A stretch of 62,253 nucleotides of DNA. Origin: Anaerolineae bacterium. Lineage in GTDB: Bacteria; Chloroflexota; Anaerolineae; UBA1429. The stretch is taken from assembly GCA_041685915.1 (NCBI GenBank), contig JAWLEV010000002.1, positions 1 to 62,253 on the forward strand, in the 5' to 3' direction. The notes under the pieces were generated by a model. The model did no database searches, was not told the DNA's origin, and was given only the letters and a program-made list of their open reading frames with translations. Within the stretch, counting starts at the first letter, position 1; the number at the start of each line of letters is the position of its first letter. Below, piece after piece: positions 37,330-47,111 of this stretch. A program made the position numbers and the translations under genes.

Positions 37330-37737
37330 ATGAAGGTATCTGCCAGGGAACGCACCAGTTTACGCGCCATGGAAGAGTTCGCGCGTCGCTATGGGCAAGG
37401 ACCCACGGCACTGCGCGAGGTGGCCGAGGTGCAGGGGCTCCCATTGCCCTATTTGGGACGTGTCGCCGTCTCCTTGCGGCGCGCCGGTCTGTTGGAAAGC
37501 GTGCGGGGCGCCCATGGCGGATACTTGCTCAGTCGAACGCCCTCCGAGATAAGTGTGGGGGACATCTTTCGCGCCGTCGAGGGTTCCATCGTACCTTTGG
37601 AGTGCACGGACGGAGAGGGAGCCACGTGCGCTAACGTGTCGGATTGTGCGGCGCGCAGCGTATGGCAGGCGGTCACCAGGCGTCTGGAGGAGACCCTTGA
37701 TAGTACGTCCCTGGCCGATCTCTTGCAGCGGGAGTAG
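37330..37737 (+). CDS. iscR: Rrf2-family transcriptional regulator (IscR-like)
   Basis: Winged-helix N-terminus (ALREVAEVQGLPLPYLGRVAVSLRRAGLLESVRGAHGGY) and a Cys-containing C-terminus. ATG at 37330; the ORF-track start at 37309 is a TTG. Confidence 0.8.
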   Translation: MKVSARERTSLRAMEEFARRYGQGPTALREVAEVQGLPLPYLGRVAVSLRRAGLLESVRGAHGGYLLSRTPSEISVGDIFRAVEGSIVPLECTDGEGATCANVSDCAARSVWQAVTRRLEETLDSTSLADLLQRE

Positions 37738-37793
37738 CGAGACCGTGCTTGCGCGCACCGTGGGGGGAAAATTGGAAATGGTGGAGAGTGGAT

Positions 37794-38960
37794 ATGCCTT
37801 CTGAATCGCGTTTTGTCTATATGGATCATGCAGCCACGACGGCGGTGGATCCCCGCGTTGTGGAGGCGATGAATCCCTATTTCAGTGAAAAATACGGCAA
37901 TGCATCCAGCGTTCATCGGCTGGGTACGGAGGCGCGCGGGGCCATCGAGTCGGCGCGGGCGCGGGTGGCGGAAATACTTTGCGCCAATCCTTCGGAGATC
38001 ATCTTTACGAGTTGTGGCACCGAGAGCGACAATCTGGCTCTGCGGGGCGTTGGCCATGCTCGCCCTGGGAAGCACATCATCACCACGCCCATCGAGCATC
38101 ATGCCGTGGGCCACACCTGTCAGCAGTTGGCAGAGGCGTTCGGCTTTTCCATAACCTATCTGCCCGTCGACAAGTACGGTGTCGTCGATCCCGCGGATGT
38201 CGAACATGCCATCGCCGAGGATACCTGTCTCATCTCTGTCATGTATGCCAATAATGAGGTGGGTACCATCGAGCCCATCGCCGAGGTCGGCGAGATCGCC
38301 CAGGAGAGGGGCATCCCCTTTCACACGGACGCCGTCCAGGCGGCCGGCAATCTGAGCCTCGACGTTGACGCTTTGGGTGTCGATCTGCTTTCTCTATCGG
38401 GCCACAAGTTCTATGCTCCCAAGGGAGTGGGCATCCTCTACGTTCGAGAGGGCACGGAGCTACTTCCCATCCAGACAGGAGGGGCTCACGAGCAGGGCCG
38501 CCGGGCCGGCACGGAAAACGTGCCCTATATCGTGGGGCTGGCCAGGGCCCTTGAGTTGGCCTATGAGGATATGGGGGACGAGGTCACCCGCCTGACGTCG
38601 CTGCGTGACCGTATTATCGAGGGGGTGCTCGATAGCATTCCAGATGCTCGTTTGACGGGGCACCCCACGCAGCGTCTGGCCAATAATGCCAGCTTTGTGT
38701 TCGAGGGCGTCGAGGGAGAGTCCATCGTCGTGCACCTGGACCGTGCTGGGGTAGCGGCGAGCACGGGATCGGCGTGTACGTCGGAAGAGGAGGGGCCCTC
38801 GTTCGTGCTTTCGGCCATGGGCGTCAAGGATCGTCTGGCGCAGAGCAGTTTGCGCCTCTCCCTGGGGCGAGAGAATACGGAAGAGGACGTGGATTATCTG
38901 CTTTCCGCCCTACCCGGCGTCGTGGAGAACCTGCGAAATCTCTCGCCATTCTATGACTAG
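37794..38960 (+). CDS. nifS: Cysteine desulfurase (NifS/IscS)
   Basis: YMDHAATT, PLP-lysine motif SGHKFYAPKGVG, catalytic-loop GSACTS. Confidence 0.9.
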   Translation: MPSESRFVYMDHAATTAVDPRVVEAMNPYFSEKYGNASSVHRLGTEARGAIESARARVAEILCANPSEIIFTSCGTESDNLALRGVGHARPGKHIITTPIEHHAVGHTCQQLAEAFGFSITYLPVDKYGVVDPADVEHAIAEDTCLISVMYANNEVGTIEPIAEVGEIAQERGIPFHTDAVQAAGNLSLDVDALGVDLLSLSGHKFYAPKGVGILYVREGTELLPIQTGGAHEQGRRAGTENVPYIVGLARALELAYEDMGDEVTRLTSLRDRIIEGVLDSIPDARLTGHPTQRLANNASFVFEGVEGESIVVHLDRAGVAASTGSACTSEEEGPSFVLSAMGVKDRLAQSSLRLSLGRENTEEDVDYLLSALPGVVENLRNLSPFYD

Positions 38961-39000
38961 TCACTGACAATCTGTTTTCTGAACTGTTTCGGGAGGTTTG

Positions 39001-39393
39001 ATGTATACGGACGTCGTTTTTGAACATTTTTCCAACCCACGTAACGTGGGCACTATGGAAGATCCGGACGGCTATGCCAAGGTGGAGAGTTCTGCCTGTG
39101 GTGACCTGATGGAGATGTATATAAAGGTCGAGGATGGCAGGATATCGGACATCAAATACCGCACATTTGGCTGTGCCGCCGCCATCGCCTCCAGTTCCAT
39201 CGCCTCAGAGATGATCAAGGGCGAGCCTCTGAAAGTCGCTGAAAAGATGTCCGACGAAAAGATCGTGGAGGCCCTGGGCGGATTGCCAGATACCAAGCGA
39301 CACTGTTCTATTCTGGCTGCAAGCGCCCTGCACAAGGCCTTGCAGGACTACTATGAAAAACACCCGGAGGCGCGTTCGGAAGCCAAAGTATAG
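39001..39393 (+). CDS. nifU: Fe-S cluster scaffold protein (IscU/NifU N-terminal type)
   Basis: Three conserved Cys contexts: ACGDLMEMY, FGCAAAIASS, HCSILA. Confidence 0.9.
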   Translation: MYTDVVFEHFSNPRNVGTMEDPDGYAKVESSACGDLMEMYIKVEDGRISDIKYRTFGCAAAIASSSIASEMIKGEPLKVAEKMSDEKIVEALGGLPDTKRHCSILAASALHKALQDYYEKHPEARSEAKV

Positions 39394-39422
39394 ATCACTG
39401 CTAGGGGATAGGGGAGGACAGG

Positions 39423-40508
39423 ATGCCCTCTCGGGAACGAATCTTTGTCGCCATGAGTGGTGGCATCGATAGCTCTGTCGCAGCCGCGCTTTTTGTAGAG
39501 CGCGGCTATTGCGTACAGGGGGTGACCATGCGGCTGTGGCGGGAGGAGGCTGACGATCAGGAGATGGACGATGCAGTGGCCAGTGCCCGCGCCGTTTGTG
39601 AGCAGTTGGACATCGAGCATAGGGTAGTGGATCTGCGAGAGCGCTTTTATCATCGCGTGATAGAGTACTTTGTGCGGGCGTATGCAGAGGGGCGCACGCC
39701 GAATCCCTGTGTGCATTGCAATCGCTTTATAAAGTTCGGCGAACTCTTGGATCTCGTGCGGGAATGGGGGGCGGACCTGCTGGCCACGGGGCACTATGCG
39801 CGTCGACATAAGGCGGAGGGGTACTATCAGTTGCTGCGGGGCGTGGACGAGGAGAAGGATCAATCCTACTTTCTTTATATGCTGGGTCAGGAAGAACTTG
39901 GCCATATCCTGTTTCCCCTTGGTACGTGGATCAAGGAAGAGGTGTATGTCTTTGCGCGAGAGCATCATCTCCCCGTGGCGAAACGGCCAGAAAGCCAGGA
40001 CATCTGTTTCATACGTGACGGCGATTATCGGCGTTTTCTCGCCGAGCGGGCTCCACAGGCTGTGGAGCCGGGCCCCATCTATGATAGGGAGGGAAATCGC
40101 CTGGGACAGCACAAGGGGTTGCCCTTTTACACGGTAGGACAACGGGAGGGCTTGGGCATCTCTGCGCCGCGTCCCCTCTATGTCCTGGAGTGGGACGTGG
40201 AGCGCAACGCCCTCATCGTGGGTTTTGCCGAGGAGCTGGGACGGAGGGCTTGTCTGGTCGAGGAGATGTCCTATATCTCTGGGGACCCCCTCACCCCTGG
40301 CCGCCGTGTGCAAGCCCAAATCCGCTATCGCGCCCGCCCGGCCCCGGCGCGGATCTGGGATTGCGCCGAGAAGCGCGCCCGCATCGTCTTTCGGGACCCC
40401 CTTCGAGATATCACGCCGGGACAGGCTGTGGTATTATATGATGGAGATCGCGTTTTGGGGGGCGGAATTATCTCTCGCGTTCCAAAGGACCCCCATGTAC
40501 AAGAGTAG
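39423..40508 (+). CDS. mnmA: tRNA 2-thiouridine(34) synthase MnmA
   Basis: PP-loop VAMSGGIDSSV, NPCVHCNRFIKF, C-terminal barrel domain; downstream of nifS-nifU. Confidence 0.9.
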   Translation: MPSRERIFVAMSGGIDSSVAAALFVERGYCVQGVTMRLWREEADDQEMDDAVASARAVCEQLDIEHRVVDLRERFYHRVIEYFVRAYAEGRTPNPCVHCNRFIKFGELLDLVREWGADLLATGHYARRHKAEGYYQLLRGVDEEKDQSYFLYMLGQEELGHILFPLGTWIKEEVYVFAREHHLPVAKRPESQDICFIRDGDYRRFLAERAPQAVEPGPIYDREGNRLGQHKGLPFYTVGQREGLGISAPRPLYVLEWDVERNALIVGFAEELGRRACLVEEMSYISGDPLTPGRRVQAQIRYRARPAPARIWDCAEKRARIVFRDPLRDITPGQAVVLYDGDRVLGGGIISRVPKDPHVQE

Positions 40509-40519
40509 GGAGTTGACTC

Positions 40520-40774
40520 ATGTTCTCCTCACCATTGTTCGTGTTCGCTTCCGCGTTGGCCACCTTTTGGGCGGCGGTATTTCATCTGCTGCTTGGTAAG
40601 AATTTGATAGATTTGGTTCTATATTGGTTCATTGGCCTGATGGGATTTGCAGTGGGGCAGGCGATGGCCGAGGTGTTTCGTCTGCACTGGTTGCTGGTGG
40701 GACAGATACACGTTCTGGAGGGTACGCTGAGTTGTTGGCTTGCCATGTTCGTTGCACGATGGCTGAAGCTGTGA
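40520..40774 (+). CDS. Small hypothetical membrane protein (3 TM)
   Basis: 84 aa, three hydrophobic helices, RBS present; no motif recognised. Confidence 0.45.
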   Translation: MFSSPLFVFASALATFWAAVFHLLLGKNLIDLVLYWFIGLMGFAVGQAMAEVFRLHWLLVGQIHVLEGTLSCWLAMFVARWLKL

Positions 40775-40788
40775 TATAATGAGGGTAG

Positions 40789-41175
40789 GTGTGGAGAATA
40801 TCGTTCATTCGGGGAGGCGCTGTGACCTGGCTTGCGGCTGTGCGGGATGTGGCTATTCTGTTATTAGCCTTGGAGTCTTTGGTTCTTGGTATCCTGCTGG
40901 CCGTCATGCTGGTTCAGTTGCGCAGACTTGTGCAGCTTTTGCGTGACGAGATCGCGCCCATCCTGGATTCGGCCAACGATACGGCAAGGACTGTGCACGG
41001 CACGGCGGATTTGGTCAGCCGTACCATCGTTGAACCTGCAATCAAAGTGAGCAGTTATGCGGCGGGCGCGCGGCAGGCCCTGCGCAGCCTGTTTGCGGTT
41101 GGTCGTACAGCAGAGGAGGATGCGGACGCTTCTTCCCAAGGGGAGGGCGAGACGACGGGTGAACGTGATACCTGA
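40789..41175 (+). CDS. DUF948-like membrane-anchored coiled-coil protein
   Basis: One N-terminal TM then LVQLLRDEIAPILDSANDTARTVHGTADLVS, as in DUF948; GTG start; precedes a YtxH gene as in Firmicutes. Confidence 0.5.
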   Translation: MWRISFIRGGAVTWLAAVRDVAILLLALESLVLGILLAVMLVQLRRLVQLLRDEIAPILDSANDTARTVHGTADLVSRTIVEPAIKVSSYAAGARQALRSLFAVGRTAEEDADASSQGEGETTGERDT

Positions 41176-41309
41176 GAAAGGGGGCATGCTTTGAGGAAAC
41201 TGTTTTCGATAACAGTTTGGTTAAGAAACGGATCCACGCTGTAGAGCAAGTCAGAAGTTACATTCCCCCTTTGGAGGGGAGAGGGATTAAAACAGACGAG
41301 GAGGTAGCG

Positions 41310-41672
41310 ATGGCAAGCAATTCAAGCTCCGGAGATTTTGTGGCAGGCTTTTTGCTCGGAACGTTTGTGGGGGCAGTTCTCGCTTTCCTGTTTGCCCCTG
41401 CTCCTGGTGAGGAGACGCGGGAAAAGCTTCGTGAGAAGAGTATCGAGTTGAGAGAGCGCGCGGAGGAACTCTCCTCCGAAGCCGAGGAGCGGGCGAGAGA
41501 ACTTCGGGAAAAGGGCGAGAGCGCGGTCAAAGGACAGAAATCCCGCTTCCAAGAGGCGATGGAAGAGGGCAAGAAAGCGGCCGAGCGCAAAAAGGAAGAA
41601 CTCTTGCGTGAGATTGAGGAACTCGAATCTGAAGAGGGCATCGATCTGGAAGAGCAAGAAGGAGAGGCCTAG
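41310..41672 (+). CDS. YtxH-domain protein
   Basis: GFLLGTFVGAVLAFLFAPAPGEETREKLREKS is the YtxH signature; ATG at 41310 preceded by GAGGAGG. Confidence 0.75.
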   Translation: MASNSSSGDFVAGFLLGTFVGAVLAFLFAPAPGEETREKLREKSIELRERAEELSSEAEERARELREKGESAVKGQKSRFQEAMEEGKKAAERKKEELLREIEELESEEGIDLEEQEGEA

Positions 41673-41786
41673 CCCAGTTTCGTCCTGAGGTCAGTTGCGT
41701 CATCCAGCGATATAGCTTTTCGTTCCCGTTGGTTCCCCTTGTCTTCTGGGTCCAGAGGATTCCCGCACGCTTGACTTTTCGACATC

Positions 41787-41821
41787 AGGGACAAAGTGCG
41801 GAAATGCCGCACTTTGTCCCT
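41787..41821. terminator. Bidirectional intrinsic terminator between convergent ytxH and nnr
   Basis: agggacaaagtgcgg / ccgcactttgtccct form a perfect 15-bp stem with a 5-nt loop, followed by ttggttt. Confidence 0.7.
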
Positions 41822-41826
41822 TTGGT

Positions 41827-43518
41827 TTATAAGGCGCGCAGCCGCTTCACGATGGTGGGCAATTCTGGAAGCAGATCTCCCGCCATCATGCCCCCGTTTC
41901 CGCAAGCTTGTTTCTCCCCCGCCAAGCCGTGTATATAGGCACCGCATACGGCGGCCTCGTAGCCCGATAGCCCCTGGGCCATTAGGCCCGTGATGGCACC
42001 AGCCAATACATCCCCCGTCCCCGCTGTGGCCAGGGCGGGATTGGCAAAGGGTATGACCGTGGCCTCTCCTGTGGGCGAGGCCACGACGGTATAAGCCCCC
42101 TTTAGAACCACCGTACATCCCCAGTTCTCCGCGGTGTCCACCGCCGTGCCGATGCGGTCCGATTCGATATCCCCGATCTCGCAATGTAAGAGACGCGCCA
42201 TCTCACCGGGGTGGGGTGTGATCACGCTCCCCGTGGGGATTTCCTTCCACCATTCCCCCTTATCGGCCATGAGATTAAGGGCATCGGCGTCGATGACGAG
42301 GGGTGGTGGTGTAAAGATCTTTTCTACTTCGGGCTCCGAGACCTCAAATCCCAGGGAAGGCCGCTGTACCTTTGTTTCCCCCTTTAGGAGGGTCTGCACG
42401 AAAGCACCGGTCTTTTGATCCATGCCCAGTCCGGGCCCCACGAGAAGCACGTCGTAATCCTCTGCTTGTTCGGCGATCAGGGGCAGGGCGGCTGGCGTCA
42501 GGGCTCCCATCTCGTCGGGCAGCACGAGGAAGGTGGCCTCCGTCAACTTGGTCGTGACGCTATCATAGATGGCGTTGGCAGCGGCCAGGGTCACCAGTCC
42601 GGCACCAAGGCGATAGGTCGCCTCGGCGGCCAGGCAGGGTGCCCCCACATAGTTGATCGATCCCGCCACGATCAGGGCCTTGCCAAAGGAGCCCTTGTGC
42701 GCGTTCGCGGGACGTTCCGGCAGGCTCTGTCCCACACGCTGGGGCGTGGCCACGCAGAAAGGCACGTCGGCGGCGAACTGGGGATCGATGCCTATGTCGG
42801 CTACCAAGAGTTCGCCCACGCGAGCGGCGCCGGGGAAAAGGAACAACCCCGGTTTAGGAGCGGCAAAGGTGACCGTCAGGTCCGCATGGAGGGTGTGTTC
42901 GTCCACCTGGCCCGTATTACAATCCAGGCCGGAGGGCGTGTCCACGGCCACTACGAGAGGGCGACTGGTGGGGGATTTCCTTCTCCATGATACGCCTCTC
43001 AGGGATGGGCCGGAAGGCGTCAGCAGGTGGAAAAAGGGCACCGTCCTCTTTCCCTGGCGGGGTTTCAGGCCCTCGGATACGTGCGTGAGGAGGGTGGGGA
43101 GGTCGCCTCTCAGGCTGCCCTGTACCCCGGTGCCCAGCAGGGCGTCGAGCACCACGTCGGCATCCCATACCAGGGCATCGAGGGCCTCGAATTCGGGATC
43201 CTCTCCTGCCCGCGCCATGGATATGTCCATATCTTGAACCTTTTGCAGATTGGGATCCTCTTCCCTTTCCCTCTTCCAGATATAGACGGTGACGCGATGT
43301 CCCCAGGCCCGGAGGTAGCGAGCGGCCACCAGGCCATCCCCGCCATTATTGCCCGGACCGACCAGGACGAGGACGTGGGATGCGGGATGAGGCAAGAGTT
43401 CCCGCGTCGCCAGAGCGGCGGCCTTGCCCGCGTTCTCCATCATGGTGTCATATTCCAGACCGGCGGCGTTGGCCGCCTCCTCAATCTGTCCCATCTTGTC
43501 TATGCTGACCAGCTTCAT
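41827..43518 (-). CDS. nnr: Bifunctional NAD(P)H-hydrate epimerase / ADP-dependent dehydratase (Nnr, YjeF)
   Basis: N-terminal YjeF_N (LVLVGPGNNGGDGLVAARYL) plus C-terminal carbohydrate-kinase domain (GAGDVLAG). Confidence 0.85.
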   Translation of the reverse strand: MKLVSIDKMGQIEEAANAAGLEYDTMMENAGKAAALATRELLPHPASHVLVLVGPGNNGGDGLVAARYLRAWGHRVTVYIWKREREEDPNLQKVQDMDISMARAGEDPEFEALDALVWDADVVLDALLGTGVQGSLRGDLPTLLTHVSEGLKPRQGKRTVPFFHLLTPSGPSLRGVSWRRKSPTSRPLVVAVDTPSGLDCNTGQVDEHTLHADLTVTFAAPKPGLFLFPGAARVGELLVADIGIDPQFAADVPFCVATPQRVGQSLPERPANAHKGSFGKALIVAGSINYVGAPCLAAEATYRLGAGLVTLAAANAIYDSVTTKLTEATFLVLPDEMGALTPAALPLIAEQAEDYDVLLVGPGLGMDQKTGAFVQTLLKGETKVQRPSLGFEVSEPEVEKIFTPPPLVIDADALNLMADKGEWWKEIPTGSVITPHPGEMARLLHCEIGDIESDRIGTAVDTAENWGCTVVLKGAYTVVASPTGEATVIPFANPALATAGTGDVLAGAITGLMAQGLSGYEAAVCGAYIHGLAGEKQACGNGGMMAGDLLPELPTIVKRLRAL

Positions 43519-43766
43519 CTCCCTGCCTCCATTCCTAGAATGTGCTCCTAATTGTAGGGGCCACCCCTTGGAGCGTCAATTCCCCTTCTCGTGAATCTTT
43601 GATATTGGTGGCTTTTTTTCGGCAGGAACACGTTCAAGAGTATAATAATGTCAAATCGTTTTCATCGAGACTGGCGAATGCGCCAGATTCGTTCACGTCT
43701 CGAATATATTTGGTTGAAGCCCTGACCGCTTCATATATTTATCAAGGTTGATAGGGAGAGTTCTCC

Positions 43767-44924
43767 ATGTCTGAGCGTATTGCACAGCGTCTTCACTCCA
43801 TTCCCCCCTCTGGTCTGCTCGAGTTCTTTGATATTCTGGCCACCATGGACGACGTCCTCTCCCTGGGCATCGGGGAGCCGGATCTGCGCACGCCGGAGCC
43901 CATCGCCCAGGCGGGTATCGATGCCATCCGTCGAGGGCAGACGGGCTACACGTCGAACGCGGGAATGCGCGAGCTCCGTGAGGCCATCACCGCTGACCTC
44001 GCGGCGCGGTACGACGTCCACTATGACCCAGAGACCGAGATCCTGGTCACCGTGGGCGTCTCGGAGGCGCTCCATGCCGCCCTTCTCTCCCTCGTCGATG
44101 CCGGCGACGGCGTCCTGCTGCCCGAACCTTGTTTCGTGGCCTATGCCCCGTGCGTCCGTTTTGCCGACGGTGTGGTGCAATCGGTGCCCACCAGGGCGAG
44201 GGAGGACTTTCAGGTGACCCGTGAGGCGCTTGAGGATGCCGTGGATGCGCGCACCAAGGCCCTGCTGCTGAGCTATCCCAACAATCCCACCGGAGCCGTC
44301 ATGTCGCGCGAACGTCTCGGCGACGTGGCCCGCTTTGCTCGGGAGCGCGATCTGATCGTGCTTTCGGACGAGATCTATGATCGTTTCGTCTATGGGGTGG
44401 AGCACGTATGCTTTGCCGCGCTGCTGGATATGCGGGCGCACACCGTCCTGTTGGGAGGCTTTAGCAAATGCTATGCCATGACGGGATGGCGTATCGGATA
44501 TGCGTGTGGGCCCCGGGATATCATTCAGGCCATGCACAAAGTGCATCAATACACCATCATGTCCGCGCCCACCCTGGCCCAGGCCGGCGCCCTGGAGGCG
44601 CTCCGCCATTCTGGGGACTGTTCCGAACGGATCCTTCAAGAATTCTCTCAGAGGCGGGATGTCGTGGTGCAGGCTCTGGACGAGATCGGCCTGCCCTGCG
44701 TCGAGCCGCGCGGGGCCATGTACGCCTTTCCTTCCATCGCGCAGACGGGATTGACCTCGGCCGAGTTCTCCGAGGGGCTCTTGCGGGAGGAAAAGGTGGC
44801 CGTGGTGCCCGGCGAGGCCTTTGGCGAGGCGGGAAGGGGACATGTACGGATCGCCTATACCGTACCGGCGGGCGTCCTTGAGGAAGCCCTGGAGCGTATC
44901 TATCGCTTTGTGCGCCGGTTGTGA
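43767..44924 (+). CDS. Class I/II pyridoxal-phosphate aminotransferase (aspartate aminotransferase-like)
   Basis: YPNNPTGAVMS and PLP-lysine motif SFSKCYAMTGWRIGY. Confidence 0.85.
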   Translation: MSERIAQRLHSIPPSGLLEFFDILATMDDVLSLGIGEPDLRTPEPIAQAGIDAIRRGQTGYTSNAGMRELREAITADLAARYDVHYDPETEILVTVGVSEALHAALLSLVDAGDGVLLPEPCFVAYAPCVRFADGVVQSVPTRAREDFQVTREALEDAVDARTKALLLSYPNNPTGAVMSRERLGDVARFARERDLIVLSDEIYDRFVYGVEHVCFAALLDMRAHTVLLGGFSKCYAMTGWRIGYACGPRDIIQAMHKVHQYTIMSAPTLAQAGALEALRHSGDCSERILQEFSQRRDVVVQALDEIGLPCVEPRGAMYAFPSIAQTGLTSAEFSEGLLREEKVAVVPGEAFGEAGRGHVRIAYTVPAGVLEEALERIYRFVRRL

Positions 44925-44978
44925 GGGGGGCGTGGTATCGACGTAGATTTTGCCTCCTTTCCGCTATTGCATACTTCT

Positions 44979-45008
44979 TTGACACCCTCGGCTTCTCCCG
45001 GGTAGAAT
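44979..45008 (+). promoter_or_regulatory. sigma70-like promoter of enolase-family paralog C
   Basis: TTGACA (44979-44984), 18-nt spacer, TAGAAT (45003-45008). Confidence 0.45.
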
Positions 45009-45047
45009 GGACTCGTCATTATGAATGGCCTGACAAGGAGACCCCCC

Positions 45048-46151
45048 ATGCAAATTACCGACGTCACGCTGACCCCCGTTTACTCTCGCCGGGAGACGGG
45101 CATCGCCTCGCCCCACGTCATCGTGCAGTTGCACACCGACGAGGGGCTGGTGGGTCTGGGAGAGATGTCCGACCTGGGCCACGGCAACTATCGCTTCGAC
45201 CTGGACGACCTGCGAGAGAGTATCCTCTACTTTCTGGAGGGTGAGGATCCCCTGAACTATGGCCCGCTGACGCGGGCGGCCCGGACGCGGTTCCCCGGGG
45301 GCGGCGCCCTGAGGGAGGGGATCGAGATTGCCATCTTTGACCTGCTGGGCAAGGCCAAGGACCAGTCCATCGCCGAGGTGTTGGGCGGCGGTTATCGGGA
45401 CAAGATCCGCGTCTGCTATCCCATCTTTCGCATGTTCCATATGGACGAGGTGGAGGAGAACGTGGCCCGCGTGGAACGCCGCATGAACGAGGGACAGGAC
45501 ATGTTCCGCCTCTACTGCGGCGGCAATGTGGAGGCCGACGAGGCCTTTCTCAAGGCCGTGCGTGACCGCTGGGGCGATCGGTTTGTGCTCAAGTCGCTGG
45601 ATCTGAGCGGCCGTCTGCCCTGGAAAAAGAGCCTGGACGTGTTGGAGAGGTTGCGGCCCTACGAGCCCATCCTGGCCGAGTCCGTCTGTGACCGACGCGA
45701 CCCTGAGGGGCAGTACGAAGTCCGCGTGCGCACCGATCTGCCCATCAGTGAGCATATCAGTTCCACCCAGCAGGCCATGGATTTCGCCCAGAATCGCTAC
45801 GTGGATATCTACAACGTGAGCCTGGCCGGAGCCGGCGGCTTTACCAGTGCCCTGCGCATCGCGCGGATCGCCCAGGCGGCGGGCATCTCCTGTCTGGTGG
45901 GCACCACCCAGGAACTGTCCGTCGGTGTGGCGGCCCAGGCCATGTTCGGTGCCGTGCTGGAGAACCTGGACTATCCCTCGGACATGACCGGCGGCCTGCT
46001 CTATAGGGACGACGTGGTGGTGGATCGGGTGCAATATGAGAATGGCTACCTCCTGGTGCCCGACGGTCCCGGTGTGGGCATGGCTCTGGACGAGGACAAG
46101 TTGGCCGCCCTGGAGCGCCCCCTGAGTTCCCTCCCCGTGGAGGCCTGGTAG
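45048..46151 (+). CDS. Enolase-superfamily enzyme (MR/MLE family), paralog C
   Basis: MQITDVTLTPV...VQLHTDEGLVGLGE capping domain and barrel domain; ATG at 45048 after AAGGAG. Confidence 0.75.
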   Translation: MQITDVTLTPVYSRRETGIASPHVIVQLHTDEGLVGLGEMSDLGHGNYRFDLDDLRESILYFLEGEDPLNYGPLTRAARTRFPGGGALREGIEIAIFDLLGKAKDQSIAEVLGGGYRDKIRVCYPIFRMFHMDEVEENVARVERRMNEGQDMFRLYCGGNVEADEAFLKAVRDRWGDRFVLKSLDLSGRLPWKKSLDVLERLRPYEPILAESVCDRRDPEGQYEVRVRTDLPISEHISSTQQAMDFAQNRYVDIYNVSLAGAGGFTSALRIARIAQAAGISCLVGTTQELSVGVAAQAMFGAVLENLDYPSDMTGGLLYRDDVVVDRVQYENGYLLVPDGPGVGMALDEDKLAALERPLSSLPVEAW

Positions 46152-46179
46152 GTATCGACTGCGATTGAGAAGGAAGAGT
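46132..46179 (+). repeat. Direct repeat copy 1 (3-prime end of paralog C plus degenerate RBS)
   Basis: ctccccgtggaggcctggtaggtatcgactgcgattgagaaggaagag matches 47105-47152 at 39 of 48 positions (hand alignment). Confidence 0.75.
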
Positions 46180-46249
46180 TGACTATCCTGCCCATAGTGA
46201 CTATTGGAAGCCGTCTCTCGCACCGATGCGGGAGGCGGTTATCTGGGAG

Positions 46250-46288
46250 TTGGCGACCTCTTAAAGCAGCATTATACTGATTATCAGT
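46250..46288 (+). promoter_or_regulatory. Promoter and palindromic operator of the phd-vapC module
   Basis: TTGGCG (46250-46255), 17-nt spacer, TATACT (46273-46278), overlapping the perfect 13-bp palindrome ACTGATTATCAGT (46276-46288). Confidence 0.55.
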
Positions 46289-46323
46289 GTGGTGAGGCTC
46301 TCGGTGAGAGGAGGCACGAAGAG

Positions 46324-46650
46324 ATGAGCACCCAAAGAGTTGCCATAGGACGGGTAAAACGGGACATCTCCGAACTGGTCAACCGCGTCGCTTATGGCGG
46401 GGAGAGGATCATTTTGACCTCTCGTGGTAAGCCCAAGGCGGCACTGATCAGTCTCGCGGATTACGAGCGGTTGCAACAGGAGCAGCAAGGGGACCGCTTG
46501 GCGCACTGGGAGGCATGGGTGATAGAATGTGAAAGATTGAGCGACCAGATCATGGCTCGCCGTCAGGAAGAACCGTTGGATCTGGATGCCCTCTGGGAAG
46601 CGACGCGAGCGGATCTGGAGGCGCGCGATGAGCGAACGGTTGGTCATTGA
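46324..46650 (+). CDS. Phd/YefM-family antitoxin
   Basis: VAIGRVKRDISELVNRVAYGGERIILTSRGKPKAALISLADYERL is the Phd/YefM signature; ATG at 46324 after GAGAGGAGG. Confidence 0.8.
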   Translation: MSTQRVAIGRVKRDISELVNRVAYGGERIILTSRGKPKAALISLADYERLQQEQQGDRLAHWEAWVIECERLSDQIMARRQEEPLDLDALWEATRADLEARDERTVGH

Positions 46651-47059
46651 TGCCAGCTTTGCGTTCAGGTTGATTCTGCCTGGTCCGCATCAGGAACGCT
46701 ATCGGGCTTTGGCAGCACAGTGGCACAGGGAGGATTATCTGTTGTGCACCCCTACGCTGTGGATCTATGAGATCACCTCCGCCTTTTGCAAGGTAGCGGC
46801 CTTTGGACAGATCGGCCGCGATCAGGGACGTCAAGCACTGGCGCTAGCGCAGAAACCGGGTGTGCGGTTGTTCCCGCCCGACGATACCCAGACCAGATTG
46901 GCTTTTGACTGGACGATGCGGCTGAAGCGTGCTGCGGCATATGATAGCTTTTATCTGGCGTTGGCAGAGACATTGCAGAGTGAATTCTGGACGGCGGACA
47001 AGGGCTTGAGCAATGCCGCCGATGTTTCCTGGATACACTTGGTAGATGAATCGCTTTGA
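46628..47059 (+). CDS. vapC: PIN-domain toxin (VapC family)
   Basis: N-terminal LVIDASFAFRLI acidic-residue motif and later D/E residues, 143 aa, 23-nt overlap with the antitoxin gene. Confidence 0.75.
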   Translation: MSERLVIDASFAFRLILPGPHQERYRALAAQWHREDYLLCTPTLWIYEITSAFCKVAAFGQIGRDQGRQALALAQKPGVRLFPPDDTQTRLAFDWTMRLKRAAAYDSFYLALAETLQSEFWTADKGLSNAADVSWIHLVDESL

Positions 47060-47078
47060 ACGTCTGTCAATCCTTAAA

Positions 47079-47111
47079 GGGAAGGAGAAACGCTTCACTG
47101 TTCTCCTTCCC
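47079..47111 (+). terminator. Hairpin after vapC (no T-tract)
   Basis: gggaaggagaa / ttctccttccc form an 11-bp perfect stem with an 11-nt loop; the right arm belongs to direct repeat copy 2. Confidence 0.3.
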